DNA of 64,000 bases, taken from positions 74,147 through 138,146 of the forward strand of contig MCFE01000186.1 in the NCBI GenBank assembly GCA_002104905.1, in the 5' to 3' direction. The position numbers and the translations under genes are program-made. The notes beneath the pieces are model-generated. The model did no database searches and was not told the DNA's origin. It saw only the letters and a program-made list of their open reading frames with translations. Positions 1 through 12,700 of this stretch are shown here, in pieces. Within the stretch, counting starts at the first letter, position 1. Each line of letters begins with the position of its first letter. This DNA is from Basidiobolus meristosporus CBS 931.73. Its lineage: Eukaryota; Fungi; Basidiobolomycota.

Positions 1-953
1 AAAGTATTCAACTTGATCCAAGGGTCCATTCTTTCAATTTGTCTAAGTAGACATCTGTACTCATAGATGTATTCTTGCACCATTCCTTTCTGTCTGAGTG
101 TCTTTAACTTCCTTCTTAGTAGTGTCTGCTGGTGTGGAGGTTCAAAAGCATCCTGAATTTCCAACACAAACTCATCCCAGGTAGAGATTGTAGAGCATCC
201 CATCATAGTGGCTGACCTGATCTTGTTGTGGTACCACTGTAAAGCTGCATCTGCCAGGTAAGAAGCTGCATAATGCAACTTGCTTCCTGGAGCAATTCCT
301 TTAGCTTTAAAAGCTTCTTCAATCTGCAAAAGCCAAGTTCCCAGGTTTTCATTGACTCTGCCATGGTACCGGTTGACCTTCACACTAAAGTTGCTCTTGA
401 CAGGGCTTTGCTGGCTCTGAACCATGGTAGTCATTCCTTGTTGCTGTTGGCTGAGGATCTGGAGTAACTGTTGTTGTTGGGCCAGGATTTGCTGCATGGC
501 ATTCTTCCATTGTTGATTGTTCGACATCTTGAGGGTGGTTTCTTCTTTCTTCAGGAGGGAGGTTTCTGGTTATTGCTGCTACCAATGTTACAAGTCTTGG
601 TATAAGAGTTGTAGAGGAATAGGGAGTTTAGCTAGTATTGTATTCACTAAAACTTGAACTGATTTTTATTGAGGTTCCAGCAGCTTGTTATACACATTTT
701 GCCAGATCAATTGCTGACTAATTGTATTTCCTAATGTAGGTTGTGGCTGATGACTCATTTGATTGCATCATCATCACCCAATAAGATCCTACTTAATATA
801 TATATTTCTGACTGATGAGGATCTGCTGATTCATTTGCTGACTAATGCTACTGATTTCATAGATAATACTGATATACTGATAACCTAAACATATACTAAT
901 TTATTTGACTAAAAACTGATCTAACTTAAACATTCAAGTGGCAGGTCATAACA
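1..953 (-). mobile_element. 5' part of a Ty3/Gypsy LTR retrotransposon (gag fragment plus 5' LTR), running off the left edge; same family as 9388-14327
   Basis: 1-585 aligns closely with gag and leader at 13374-13959, with a 1-bp deletion near position 20 (gatccaagggtcc vs gatccaatgggtcc). The PBS-like TGGTAGCAG (minus strand) abuts the LTR at 586. Confidence 0.93.
586..953 (-). repeat. LTR (368 bp, TGTTAC...ATAACA)
   Basis: TG...CA ends; near-identical to the LTRs at 9388-9757 and 13960-14327. Confidence 0.95.
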
Positions 954-2515
954 GGTCTTAAAAGCTTCTTAAATCTGGAAGAGCCAAGTTCCTAGGTTTT
1001 TGTTGACTCTGCTATTGTACCTGTCAACCTTTACACTAGAGTAGCACTTGACAAGATTTTGCTGGTTCTGAACCATAGTGAAGACTCCTTGCGGCTACTT
1101 GCTAAGGATCTGGAGTAGCCATTGCTACTGGGCCAGGATTTGCTGGGCAGCATTCTTTCATTCTTGATGCTGCGATATTCTGAGGGAGACTTCTTCTTTC
1201 TTCAGGGGGGAGGATTCAGGTGATAGCCACTACAATGTTACAAGTCTTGATATAAGAGTCATAGAGGAATACGGATTTCAACTAGTATAGTATTCTGTGG
1301 TGATGGAAAGTATTCCATTACTACATATCTCAATACCAATATTGCACTCATTTCTTTATTTTGCTTTTTGCTTATGTAACACACAATATAGAGATCAAGA
1401 ATTTCCAACTTTGAAGGACAAATGCTCCAGACCCTGCCAAGCAATCTGCCCAAGAATACTATTTCAAGCAGAACAGGTTGAAGTCAACACATGTTTCAAA
1501 TTGCAACTCATTTGAAGCAGTACCCAAGGAGTTACAATCAAAAGAGTCCAATTATCATGTATACTAGGCCGCTATTGCTAGGATTACTATGGAGACTTCA
1601 ATTGCATGTAACTTTCAAACCTGCCAATCACATCATATGAGATTTTCACAGGCACTGCGCCCATGTTTGTTCTGCAACACTGCATGATTGTAGCCTTGCA
1701 TCATGTTTATTGCTGGCGCCATTGCCTAAAAACTGTGATCCTTCAGAATTTGTATATATGACTTCCCCAGCTGAAAAATAAAGGAGAGCCTCACTCTCCA
1801 GAATCTCCACACTACAATTACAAGTTTAAAGGTTATGAGACTTCCCCTGCATCAATTTCACTGTTGAGTACTCTGACTCTGATTGGTGCTGCAACAGTAA
1901 AGAGACTGCAAAGCCCACAAGAATTCAATCTAAGCTCTACAAAAAAACTGCTACTTTTCTGTTTGAAAAGTCCCCTCTAAGAGGCCCCTTTACACTGAAG
2001 ACACCCCTTTAGTTCTAAAGACTCCTTTAGAGACTTCTACACCACACCCCTTAAGCCTAAGATTGAGAATATTAGTGCATGCTATATCTTCTATTGGTAT
2101 ATCAAACTCACAATGAACTATTTCAGTATTTGCTTACTGGAAGCTGTTGTATATTGTTGACTAGCCTCTACATTGTAGAACAAGCCACAAATCAATCATA
2201 ATACAGCACAACAACTCACTAAAACTTGAACTGATATATATATTAAGGTTCCAGCAGCTTCTTATAAACATATTTGAGATCAAATGCTGACTAATTGTAT
2301 ATGCTAATGCAGGTTGTGGCTGATGACTCATTTGATTGTATATTCATCGCCTAATTAGATCTTACTTAATATTCCTATTTCTGTCTGATAAGGATCTGCT
2401 GATTGATACTACTAATTTGATAGGTAACACTGACCTAGTGAATGGCTAAACATAAATCCAATTGATTTGACTAAAAACTGATCTGACTTTGATATTCAGG
2501 CAGTAGATTATAACA
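954..2515 (-). mobile_element. Older, diverged relative of the same Gypsy family: gag 5' fragment (954-1235) plus 5' LTR (1236-2515) interrupted by an insertion
   Basis: 954-1235 aligns with gag/leader 13680-13959 at lower identity. LTR homology runs 1236-1295, resumes at about 2214 and ends TATAACA at 2515. Confidence 0.85.
1296..2213. mobile_element. 918-bp insertion, probable solo LTR of an unrelated family
   Basis: Starts TGTGGTG, ends CACAACA (imperfect inverted ends), splits the host LTR cleanly; flanks attc / actc (4-bp TSD, one mismatch); no coding signal. Confidence 0.65.
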
Positions 2516-2850
2516 GTAGCATGTCATCTGCTGACTTCATCTTTACATTGAAGGGCCTTCTTTTTAAATAAAACTTGCTTGTTACTGGCTCTCCTCTTAA
2601 GATCTTATACAAGGATTCCCCTACTGCTTTGGTAGTATTAGAAAATGAGTTTGTTCAAGTAAAGAATCTTGCACCTTGTTACATATGGCATTAACAGCAT
2701 TTCTCTCCTTCTTTTGAAACTTCTCAGCTCCTACTGCTGTTCTAAATGGTTCAATTTCCTTACCTGTTACTGTATTGCAAAGCTATTTTGCTGCAAGGTA
2801 GATCTGTATCTCAATTCTCCAAAACCTGCAGTTCTTCCAATAAGCCTCCC
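2516..2850 (-). pseudogene. Ty1/Copia gag (UBN2-like) relic
   Basis: Minus strand translates TTKAVGESLYKILRGEPVTSKFYLKRRPFNVKMKSADDM, matching the Copia UBN2 pattern; stops nearby. Right boundary approximate. Confidence 0.7.
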
Positions 2851-3053
2851 CTTCCCAGGGAGGATGTTTGTGTTACACTGTTTGCTGATAGATGTCATCT
2901 TTAGACAGACTAAGACAATCAGGACTGATTGCTTGTTGCAATTTAAGAAGTGTTTTGAATATAAGAGACTTATAAGGAAGTAGTGATAACAATTAAGCTG
3001 CTCTTTATTCATAAATATACTCAGTATTGAATTCTTTGTAGATGTAATACAAC

Positions 3054-3241
3054 TGTAACACGGATTTAGGAGAGGTTCTCAATGGTCAGGAGCATTTTGC
3101 AATAGTATAAGGGTTTATATGTATATGATGTTATATATAAGTGCTGATTTAATCTTTACTATAGGGGAATATTCATAGGATCATATATCTGAGGGAAAGT
3201 GGCAAAGTCAAGGTTATAAATGAGTCCTACAGTGACTAACA
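3054..3241. repeat. Short LTR-like dispersed repeat (TGTAACA...CTAACA)
   Basis: TG...CA ends; its right half recurs, inverted and diverged, at 18815-18905. No TSD seen. Confidence 0.5.
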
Positions 3242-3873
3242 CTTGTCCAGAATTGTGAAGTAAACCTTTAGCTTTGGAATAATGCAAAATTACTCATCAT
3301 TCAGACAAGACTCAACTGTCAATGCTGCAGATCAAGTATTTAAAAATTTGATACATTGCCCTAGAATCAATGGATGTGGTAAACACAACAGGACTCCATC
3401 AGTAGTTCATTGCATTTGACTTGCTCAGTTTCTGATATTGAGCCATGCAAAGATGCCTCCTGGGACTTCAACATTACAATTATTAAGTTCAGTGTGATGC
3501 TACATTCTGTTCTGACACTATGCATGATAAATGTGAGCCTGATAGAGCTCTTTTGTTAAGTCCTGTAATACTTCAACCCTACCAATCAGCTGACTCTGCT
3601 TTGTCATTAAATAGCCATCATCTATTCTCAACTGAGAAAGTGCATGTTTCAATGGCCTACCTCTCAACCATGGGTTATCCTTAAGATAAACAAGTTTCAT
3701 ATGACTATAATTGGGGGAGCAATGTGACTTTTAGCTGTCTTAGTAAATGGGGTCACCAGTAAGCAAGTGTGCTCTTGGGTAGTGTTGCCACAAATAGGAT
3801 AACCAAGGGCATTATAGCAATGTCTGTTACAATGCAGCTGGCATAGAAGATTAAATCACATCCAATTATTTAT

Positions 3874-4609
3874 TAGACTTGTTCCATTAGAAAGTGCCAC
3901 ATTGAGCCATGAGTGCCAAATGATGCCAAAGTGTGCCAGAGAGGCCAATTGAGCCTCTACCTGGCCACAGGGTGTGAAACATAGCTCCGCATCTTCATGC
4001 AAAGCAGCCCCAGTGTTTCACCCATTATGTTAGAGAAAATCCATTTTTTGACCTTTTTTTTTGGATCAATGTTGTGCAGGATATGTTAGAGCAGAGGCAG
4101 ATTGAAGATATGCATCTGGTACTCAATACCCATGGCACTCTGAATTTAGCTCCTGTAGCTTGTATCATGTCACAAAAATGAATGGCACTATCTTGGTCCA
4201 CTGGTACTATTTGGCACTATATTTAAATATTAGCCCTAAAGTAAGATCTATACAAAGCACTTATAGTGCCAGTTAGTAACAGTGGACCAAGATAGCACCA
4301 TTCATTTTTGTGACATGATACAAGCCACAGGAGCTAGATTCAGAGTGCCATGGGTATTGAGTACCAGATGCATATCTTCAGTTCTCCTGTGCTCTTACAC
4401 ATCCTGAGCTACATTGATCCACAAAAAAAGGTCAAAAAATGGATTATCTCCTGCGCAATGGGTGAAACACAGCGGCTGCTTTACATGATGATGCAGAGCT
4501 ATGTTTCACACCCTGTGGCCAAGTATAGGCTCACTTGACTTCTTTGGCACACTATGGCATCATTTGGCACTCATGGCTCAATGCGGCACTATCCAACGGA
4601 ACAAGTCTA
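3874..4609. mobile_element. Foldback/MITE-like element, 736 bp: arms of about 348 bp around a 40-bp spacer
   Basis: 3874-4221 is the reverse complement of 4262-4609 (TAGACTTGTTCC...GGAACAAGTCTA); a second terminus copy lies at 22341-22473. Confidence 0.9.
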
Positions 4610-4729
4610 TTGCACATTTTGTTATAATACTGCTAGCAATACAATGCTTACTATATAAGAGTATCATACAAATTCAGAGCTCAGTTAGTGGTAGTTCTCT
4701 AAACTTGAACTAATATGTGTTATTATTAT

Positions 4730-4915
4730 TGTGATGACCCTGGCAATGGCCATCATAAATACTGAATCTTGTGATTAAGAGGTATTGATGCATATAAAAC
4801 TTCAGCCAAGGTTTTATGAAAGAAGCTCACCTAATATTTTACATGAAAATTTGTCAAGGCATTTCATCACAATGGTCTCAAGGAGCTGTTGGAACCATAA
4901 AAAAGTTGACTCAGG
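4730..4915. repeat. Partial copy of LTR-like family X
   Basis: Begins TGTGATGA; aligns with 7667 onward and with the reverse complement of 22542-22826. End approximate. Confidence 0.6.
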
Positions 4916-5559
4916 CTCCAGTTAACAGAATCCTAGTTAAGCTCCCTATTGCACTACAACTCTTATCCCAAGCCTTCAAGCGGACAAATAGACCCAAGGA
5001 AAGTGCCAAAGTAAGGGCCATAAGCAAGTTCTGAAGAGACCAAGACTAGTCCAGAGTTGTTAAATCAGTTCTTAATTGCTGGATAACATCAAATACTTAT
5101 ATCTTTCAAGTCTTTAACATCAAATGTAGCCCTGTGCAAAGCAATCATGCAACTTATGCTATCTTGTTCTTATAGGTCCATTTGTATTCCATTGGATTTC
5201 TTCTATTTACTGTGTCTCCCAGTTCTCAGGTTTTTGCCTTGATTAGCACTTGGTGTTCCTGCTGCAAGACATATTGCCAAATATTAGCTTCCAATATCCT
5301 TGTATGTTGCTTTGGACTCTGAGGTTTTGCACACAATTAGGTTCCTGAGCATCAGTGGATGTCCAACACACAGATCAAAGTGCATCCTGTATAGAGTTAG
5401 ATCTTCTAGCTTAGAGAATCTATTCTGATCTAAGAAATAATAGAATTTGTATATATATCTGGCTGTATCAGGTATTTATTATCTTCATCAGTGGTGAGCT
5501 CAACATAGGTTACTGACCTACAATGTCAGCTGCTTTCTGGCCTAATATCTCTTCTAACA

Positions 5560-5860
5560 CAAGGCCCATGTATATGTTTCAGAGACTGTTAAATTGGGAA
5601 GTGCTGTTGTTAGGAGTCTATCCTTGATGTACACTGCAGTAGCAATATATTCATCACAAATGTTATAGGCCTTTCACCTGACATGTAGCACAAGTCTATC
5701 TATATTCATTATTATTGTGTTTGTAAGCTCTGCTACTCTGTTTGCTGTGAGGTATATGAAATGGTACTCTGATATTATATACTCTCAGTTGGCCTGTACT
5801 TTGCAAGCTTGTTAAAGCAGTATTTCCCACCATTGCCACATTGAAGTATCATAAGGCTGC
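5560..5860 (-). pseudogene. Ty1/Copia integrase core relic
   Basis: Minus strand gives NGGKY...YTSQQ-NRVAELTN...IATAVYIKDRL, degenerate forms of DNGGEY, YTPQQNGVAERKN and AVATAVYLKNRL; stops and frameshifts present. Boundaries approximate. Confidence 0.8.
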
Positions 5861-6014
5861 ACCCAGTGTGGGAAGCTGCCATACTGTTGAAGTGCTTGTG
5901 TGCCCATAGAGCCTCATCTAAGCTCTTAGAAAATATTTACATATATAGCTTGTCTGGTCATCTATAAGCATCAACAAGCATCTCTTGGCTCTAAACCAAG
6001 AAGAAAAATTGAGA

Positions 6015-6320
6015 AAAGCCCAGCAAAATACTATCATAGTATCAGCTGAATTCCAAGTTTCTTAAAATTGACAACTCTCAATATCTCTGCTCTTAGCTGA
6101 TAGGCAGGTAAGCAAGCAAATTCTACAGAAGGAGACTAGTCCTACTAGCATTTATAGCAAATTTGGTAATTAGCTGCCCATTACTTCCATCTAAATTGCA
6201 TTTGAAATTTTGCACCTAAACACTAGCTGAATACAGCAAAATATCATTTGAATACTAGTAGAGTACCAGCTAAAAATTAGATGAATTCTAAGTTTGAAAT
6301 TCTTCATGGGGTCTAACAAA
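6015..6320 (+). repeat. Non-coding dispersed repeat (MITE-like), family Y
   Basis: Aligns with 42200-42510 and partly with 43420-43510 (ccagcaaaatac...atcagctgaattccaagttt...aaatttggtaat). Boundaries approximate. Confidence 0.7.
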
Positions 6321-7666
6321 CAGTTTCTCATAAGCCCTTGTATGAATGAATATAATAAAGCTACTATTGTGATGGTCTTGATGCCTCCTGATCTCAGAAA
6401 TTATGTCTAGCTTGTTTGTTGTAGTAACATCCCTGCCAGATTCTCAACTTCATTAAAATTCCATAATTCAGTCCTAACACAAGATGTGTTTTACTGTTTA
6501 GCTCATTTCCTGTTCCCCAGAGGTTCTAGCCTTCAATGCTGTAATTCCCAGTCAGTGGCTTCAGTTTCAGCAAAGTTAGCATTATAAAGCACAATGCTCT
6601 TGTATTGCCACTAATGTTTGTTGATATCTCTGTTCCTCAAAGCTGCTTTTTATCCATTTTTTCTCAAAATTATGCATCTGAGCAGTAGTAATTTGAGCAG
6701 TCCAGCTTTCCTCAGTTCTGTAGCTTTCCCTTCCCTTGTTTATGCAATTCTGAACTCAATATGTCATTATATTTGACTTTCTCTACTTGGTCATTATATC
6801 CCTACTCTGTATGAGAAAGCTTTGCTTTGTCATAGTACAAGGTAATATTGTCTTCTCTGCCTTCAAATATAAGTATAAATAGCTCACTCTTCTCTGGTAA
6901 GCTGCATGTTACACAGAGTAACTTTTTGTCATCATCTACACCAGCTATGACACCATAAGATTCCTATACATATCTCTCCAATTTGGTAAAGAATGGTAGC
7001 ATAAAACACTGTGACTACTTCCTCCTGCTGGATAGCTCTCCTTTTAACAAAGGCTAGTTTGAGGCCAATGTTGCACTAAAGATCATTTTCAAGGACTCCT
7101 GGATCTTTTGGCTGTGGTGGAAAAATAATGTTCTGTAAGAAGTATTGCCAATTAATACATAGAGCAGTAAAGTGCTTTCTGGCCATTTTTTGGAACCACT
7201 CCATATTTTCTGCTGTCTTGTTAAATTCTTCTGCTTATCTTGTTTCTGTACTTCAAGGCTTTCTTTCTTGAGTTCTTGAAGGCCTGTAGCTTTAACCATT
7301 AAATATCTCCTTTGAAAGGAAGATGTTTGTGTTATTCTGGTAGCTGGTAGAAGTGATCCTTTAACTAGACATAGGCAATCAGTGCTCAAAACCTGTTGCA
7401 ACATAAGAGATGCTTGAATGCCATAAATCTAACAAGAAATAGTGATAGTAGTTGAGCTGATGTTTATTGGTAAGCAGCTCAATATCAATACTTATTTAAA
7501 TGCAAAACCACCTCAACACTGTATTTGGAGAATTTCTCAATATTCAGGAGCATCTTGTGATGGTTTCTGTTGCAACTTAAGATTTGCTTTGGATATAAAG
7601 AGCTTATCAAGGAATAGTGATATTAGTAGGATGTTTGCTTATTCATAAAGCCCTATGAAAAATTAT

Positions 7667-7973
7667 TGAGATGATCATGTCAAAAGGCCATCACAAAGTT
7701 AATGTCCCGTGACTAAGAGGTACTGATCTTATCAGGACACCATCCAGAGACCGTTGAAAAATAATGCACCCCAGATTTCACAAAAAACTTAGTCAAAGTT
7801 TTTCATCATAACAATGTATAAGTGACTTTTGTTTGATTCCCTGCCAATTTGCTCACTTTCTGATCCTGGACACTCTATTGCCTCCTACATTTGTGTGAAT
7901 TGATTGGCTATTGCCTCTTTTTCACACTCCTTACTTCCTGACTCAACCATTTCTCTTACTTTTCATGCATACA
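7667..7973. repeat. LTR-like family X, about 307 bp
   Basis: TG...GCATACA ends; inverted copy at 22542-22826 and partial copy at 4730. Confidence 0.7.
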
Positions 7974-7980
7974 AGTTGAT

Positions 7981-9383
7981 TTATTTCCTTTGAAACTTCA
8001 GTTGTACCTCAATTGCCAATTGTATTGACCTATACAAGTCTCTATACCCTACACTAACATTTAGCCTAACCCCATACTTAACAAGTAATTCCATTAAAAT
8101 CCACAACTCAATAAGTATTTCTGCTGTAACACTCTGGTTCCACAACTTTGGCAGGAACTCAATGGCTTTATGCCACTGTTCATTCACTGGTTCCTACACA
8201 TCCTGGTCTTCAGCTGGCACTGCAAGGTCTAGCTCCTCATCTGCCAGCCTTTGCAATAAATCCTTGCAATATTCCAGTGTGTTCTCTTAAACACTGCTCT
8301 TGAAGAAGTGCTGCAACCTCTTGGTGTGCCTATTAATGTTCCAAAACTCCACTGAAGGCATTGTGATAGTCTTTTGGGTTCTTGTTGTTGTAGCCTTGTC
8401 TGTCAGTGGCATCTCCACTCTGTCAACAATGGCGGCTGTGGTAGACAAATTGTCATTTTCAGCAAACTCATCTACCTTGCTGGAGTGTAGCTCAACTGGC
8501 TGCGCTTCCAACTCTTGTGAAAACAGCTGTTTTCTTGTTGGTAATTCTTCTTGGCTATGATGGGATTCAGTCTGTTCCTGGCTTGTGGTGTTAATTGGCA
8601 AGAACTGCAGTTTTTTTTGCATGCCTCCCTGTCTCAGGCTTGGGTAGACATTTTTCCCTCTACCTTTTCCTTTATCACTGCCAGGTCTTTCACTGCTACT
8701 TTGTCTGAGTGCTTCTTGTATGGAACTACATTTTCTCCTGAATAAATTCTACTCTGATGCATCTGTTTTGGCCTGCTTGTCCCTTGCTGGCACTCTTCTG
8801 GCAACCTGACATTTCTTTTCAGCTTGCTTTGAGCTCTCAACTGTAGTTGTGATGGGCTCCTGTAAAAGCAGCTGGTTCTCATCACCGCCAGGTCCTTCAC
8901 TGCTACTTTGACTGGGTGCTTCTTCAGTGGTAATATGCTTTTTCCTTGATAAATGTAGTGCTGGTGCATCCAAGTCTGCCTGCTTGTCCTTAATTGCCAC
9001 TCTTTCAGCTGCTTGACATCTCTTTGATGCTTGTCTGGAGCTTTTGGCCCTGCTTGTAACAGGCTCTTGAGGAAGCTGCTTGTTTTCAGCCATGGCACCC
9101 TTTTTCTTCTGCCTTTGATAGTTTCTGCTATTCTTAAGACACTTTCTTAGCATAACAATGCTGGCCCAAAATCTGTTTGCCTGCTTGAATCCAGGATAAT
9201 GCTCATGGAACAAGTCAAGTGCATTCTGCTTGGCCTTGAGTTCCTGATGGTCCCATGGTATGCCGGCCTTAAGATGATGGCATGCTAGACTTCTGACGGC
9301 CTCTGGTATATTAGCCCACTCTTTATTATTGCACTCAATGGCTTCATGGATCTTCAAAGTCTTTTGATTTTTAGGCTTTGGTA
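7981..9383 (-). pseudogene. 3' part of an unknown ORF split by the Gypsy element; in-frame TAG at 8749-8751, frameshift near 8290, 207-bp tandem repeats
   Basis: ORFs 8749-9357 and 8287-8622 share a frame. Removing 9388-14327 and one caaa TSD joins it in frame to the 14332-14895 ORF (EGVNVVFVPKPKNQKTLKIHEA). Confidence 0.8.
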
Positions 9384-9387
9384 CAAA

Positions 9388-9757
9388 TGTTACCAGTCTT
9401 GGTATAAGAGTTGTAGAGGAATAGGGAGTTTAGCTAGTATTGTATTCACTAAAACTTGCACTGATTTTTATTGAGGTTCCAGCAGCTCCTTATATACATT
9501 TTGCCAGATCAATTGCTAACTAATTGTATTTCCTAATGTAGGTTGTGGCTGATGACTCATTTGATTGCATCATCATCACCCAATAAGATCCTACTTAATA
9601 TACATATTTCTGTCTGATAAGGATCTGCTGATTCATTTGCTGACTAATGCTACTGATTTCATAGATAATACTGATATACTGATAACCTAAACATATACTA
9701 ATTGATTTGACCAAAAAAACTGATCTAACTTAAACATTCAAGCGTCAGATCATAACA
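9388..9757 (-). repeat. 3' LTR
   Basis: TG...CA ends; preceded on the minus strand by the polypurine tract. Confidence 0.97.
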
Positions 9758-9770
9758 TTCTCCCCTACTA
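9758..9770 (-). other. Polypurine tract (TAGTAGGGGAGAA)
   Basis: Purine-rich run immediately upstream of the 3' LTR on the element strand. Confidence 0.85.
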
Positions 9771-12700
9771 AAGTTGAGAGGGTTCTCCTGACTCTCTTTT
9801 CTTGTGATACCAATATCTTGATGGTTCAGTATTATCAGCAAGTCTTGCAAGCTTGAGTCTGTCCCTATGCACTAAGTCTTCCCGGATATTGCCTTGTTTG
9901 TCCACCAGTTGGTAAGTTGCAAATGGACATTCTCTGATGATCTTAAATGGTCCTGTCCATTGTGGCTCAAACTTCTTCCAAGTGTTGTTTCTTAGCAACA
10001 CAAAGTTCCCAACTGTCAATGCTTCTGGTGTTATAGTCTTATCAAATCTCTGCTTCATCTTTTCTGCACTTTGAGATACTTTGGTCTGTGCCTCTTGACG
10101 TCTTTGTTCCAGTTGCTGGTGTCTACTTGGCTGACTGAGTTCATCTTCTAAGGTGTCTCTAAGTTTTGGTTGTGTGAGATCTCCTGGAATCCTTGGTTCA
10201 CATCCATAAACTAAGTAAAATGGTGATTGCTGGGTGGTGTTGTGTACTCTGACTCTGCATGCAAAGAGTGCTTGGTCTATATACTCATCCCATCTACTGA
10301 CAACTCCATTTGCATACTTGGTCAGCATTTTTCCAAATAGTCCCTTAAACCGCTCAGTGACTCCATTAGTTCTGGGGTGATATGCCAAGGTTTTCAAGTG
10401 TCTGATCTGCTGCATTTCCAGGTAAGCCTCTAATGTCTTTGCCATAAAGTTTGCACCTCTATTGGATAAGATCTCCACAGGGCATCCAAACTTCATCAGG
10501 ATCTCATGGTAAATGAAACTTGCAACTTCTTGTTCACTGGCTATTGGTACAGCTTTAGCAACTGGCCATTTAGTGGCATGGTCAATTGCTACTAGGATCC
10601 AACAGTTGCATTTCCTGGTAGTTGGCAGTCTTCCAATAAAGTCAATTCCCCATCTCTCAAATGGTCTTACAGGCTCCAAAGGGAAGAGTTTGGCAATTCT
10701 TTGTGGCTGGCCTTGATTGATTTGGCAGTTTGGGCATGTTTTTACTAGCTTCTCAATGTCTTGTTTCATTCTGGGCCACCATGCTCTGGCTTTTACAAGG
10801 CTATAGGTTCCTTCAATCCCAAGATGTCCATATCCATTGTGTAGCTTATGTATTAAATCCAGGCAAGCAACATAAGGACAATAGGTAATAGGGCTTCCAT
10901 AAACAATTTGGTAGAGTGTTTCATCCTGTACAACAAATTTGCTGGCTTCATCACAGATTATCTTCTTAATATCTTCATCCACCTCATTAGGAATGACTTG
11001 GTCCTCCAAGTACTTTGGTAACAGGCTAGGCCAATCTGATTGATGTATCAAGTTGAGTTGTGGAACTTGATCTAATCTTGATAAGGCATCAGCAACCATG
11101 TTGTTTTTTCCAGGACAGTAGACAATCTCCAGGTCATATTGCTGAATGTATTCACTCCATCTTGTCATTCTTCTAGAGAGTACCTTCTGAGTAAATATAT
11201 GCTTGAGGGAGGCATGTTCAGTCTTCACAGTGCATTTGACTCCTTCAATATAGCATCTCCATGTCTTCAAACAGTGTATTATAGCAAGCATCTCCTTCTC
11301 ATGGACTGGATAGCTTTTTTCTGCTGAGTTCAGCTTCTTTGATTCAAAGGCAACAGGGTAGTCCTGTCCCTTGTGTTCTTGGCTCAGCACTCCACCAATT
11401 GCATAATCTGAAGCATCTGTACACAGAGTGAACTCTTTTCTGAAGTCTGGTATTCTTAAGCTTGGCAGCTTAGCAAGTTCATTCTTGAGCATCTGGAAGG
11501 CAGTCTCACAAGCTATGTCCCACTTGTAGGTATTGTCTTTCTTGAGGATATCAGTTAAATTGGCTGCAATACTTGCAAAAGACTTGACAAATCTCCAATA
11601 ATAGGAAACCATTCCAAGGAATGATCTGAGTTCTGATATGCTATAGGGCTGCTTCAAATTCTTGATTACTTCCACCTTCTTGGGGTCTAAGGTTACTCCT
11701 GTGCTAGTCGCTATGTGTCCCAGATATTCTACGTGTTCCTTGAAGAATTCACACTTGGGTAGCTTGCCATAATGCTTGTTCTCTCTTAGTTTCTTCAAGA
11801 CCTTTTCAATGTGCACCAAGTGATGCACTTCTGTCTTGCTGTATATCAGTATATCATCTAGGTAGATTATGACAAACTTGTCTAAGTACTCCTGGAAGAC
11901 AGTCTGCATCAGGGTCATGAAAGTTGCAGGGGCATTGGTGAGGCCAAAACTCATGACTAAGTACTTGTAACGTCCATATCTGGTCCTGAATGCTGTCTTA
12001 GGGATGTCTTCTGGCTTCACCCTAATCTGGTTGTATCCTGACATGAGGCCAATCTTGCTGAAAATAGTGGCTCCATTAAGTTGGTCCAAAAGCTCATCAA
12101 TCCAAGGTATGGGGTACTTATTCTTGACGGTAACTAAGTTCAGGGCTCTGTAGTCAATGCACATCCTAAGTGTTCCATCCTTCTTTTCCACAAAAAGCAC
12201 TGGTGCTCCCCAGGGTGACTTGCTAGGCCTGATATATCCTTGCTCCAATAGCTGATCAATTTGTCTCTTCATTTCCTCCAATTCCAATGGACTCATTCTG
12301 TAAGGTGTCTTGCTCACTGGAGGGCTATCTCCTGTGTCAATGGCATGATCCACATCTCTGACTGGTGGTAAGCTTACAAGCTCATCTGGAAACACTTCTG
12401 AATATTTCTTCAAGAGAGTCTGGACCTGCTGTGGTGCTGGGGTAGCGGAATCCTCCTGTAATACAGCCATGAGGAACATCTGGGTACCTTTTCTAAGTGC
12501 TCTACAGAACTGGGTCTTGCTAAGTTCACTTGTCTCACACATTCTGGAATTGACCAAGCTGAAATCCAGCCTGGCAGGTAATAGCTCATAGGTCTTGTTG
12601 TCCTTTTGGATCTGAGTTGCATGGGTTCTCCAGTTGACTGATGGATTACAACAAAATAGCCATGTTTTTCCAAGTACAAGGTCAAACTTGTAGTTCCCAA

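Noticed and set aside
6330-7400. Degenerate coding-like stretch, possibly a retroelement gag (YGVIAGVDDDKKLLCV)
   Set aside because: Too many stops and shifts and no diagnostic motif; cannot be assigned without a profile search.
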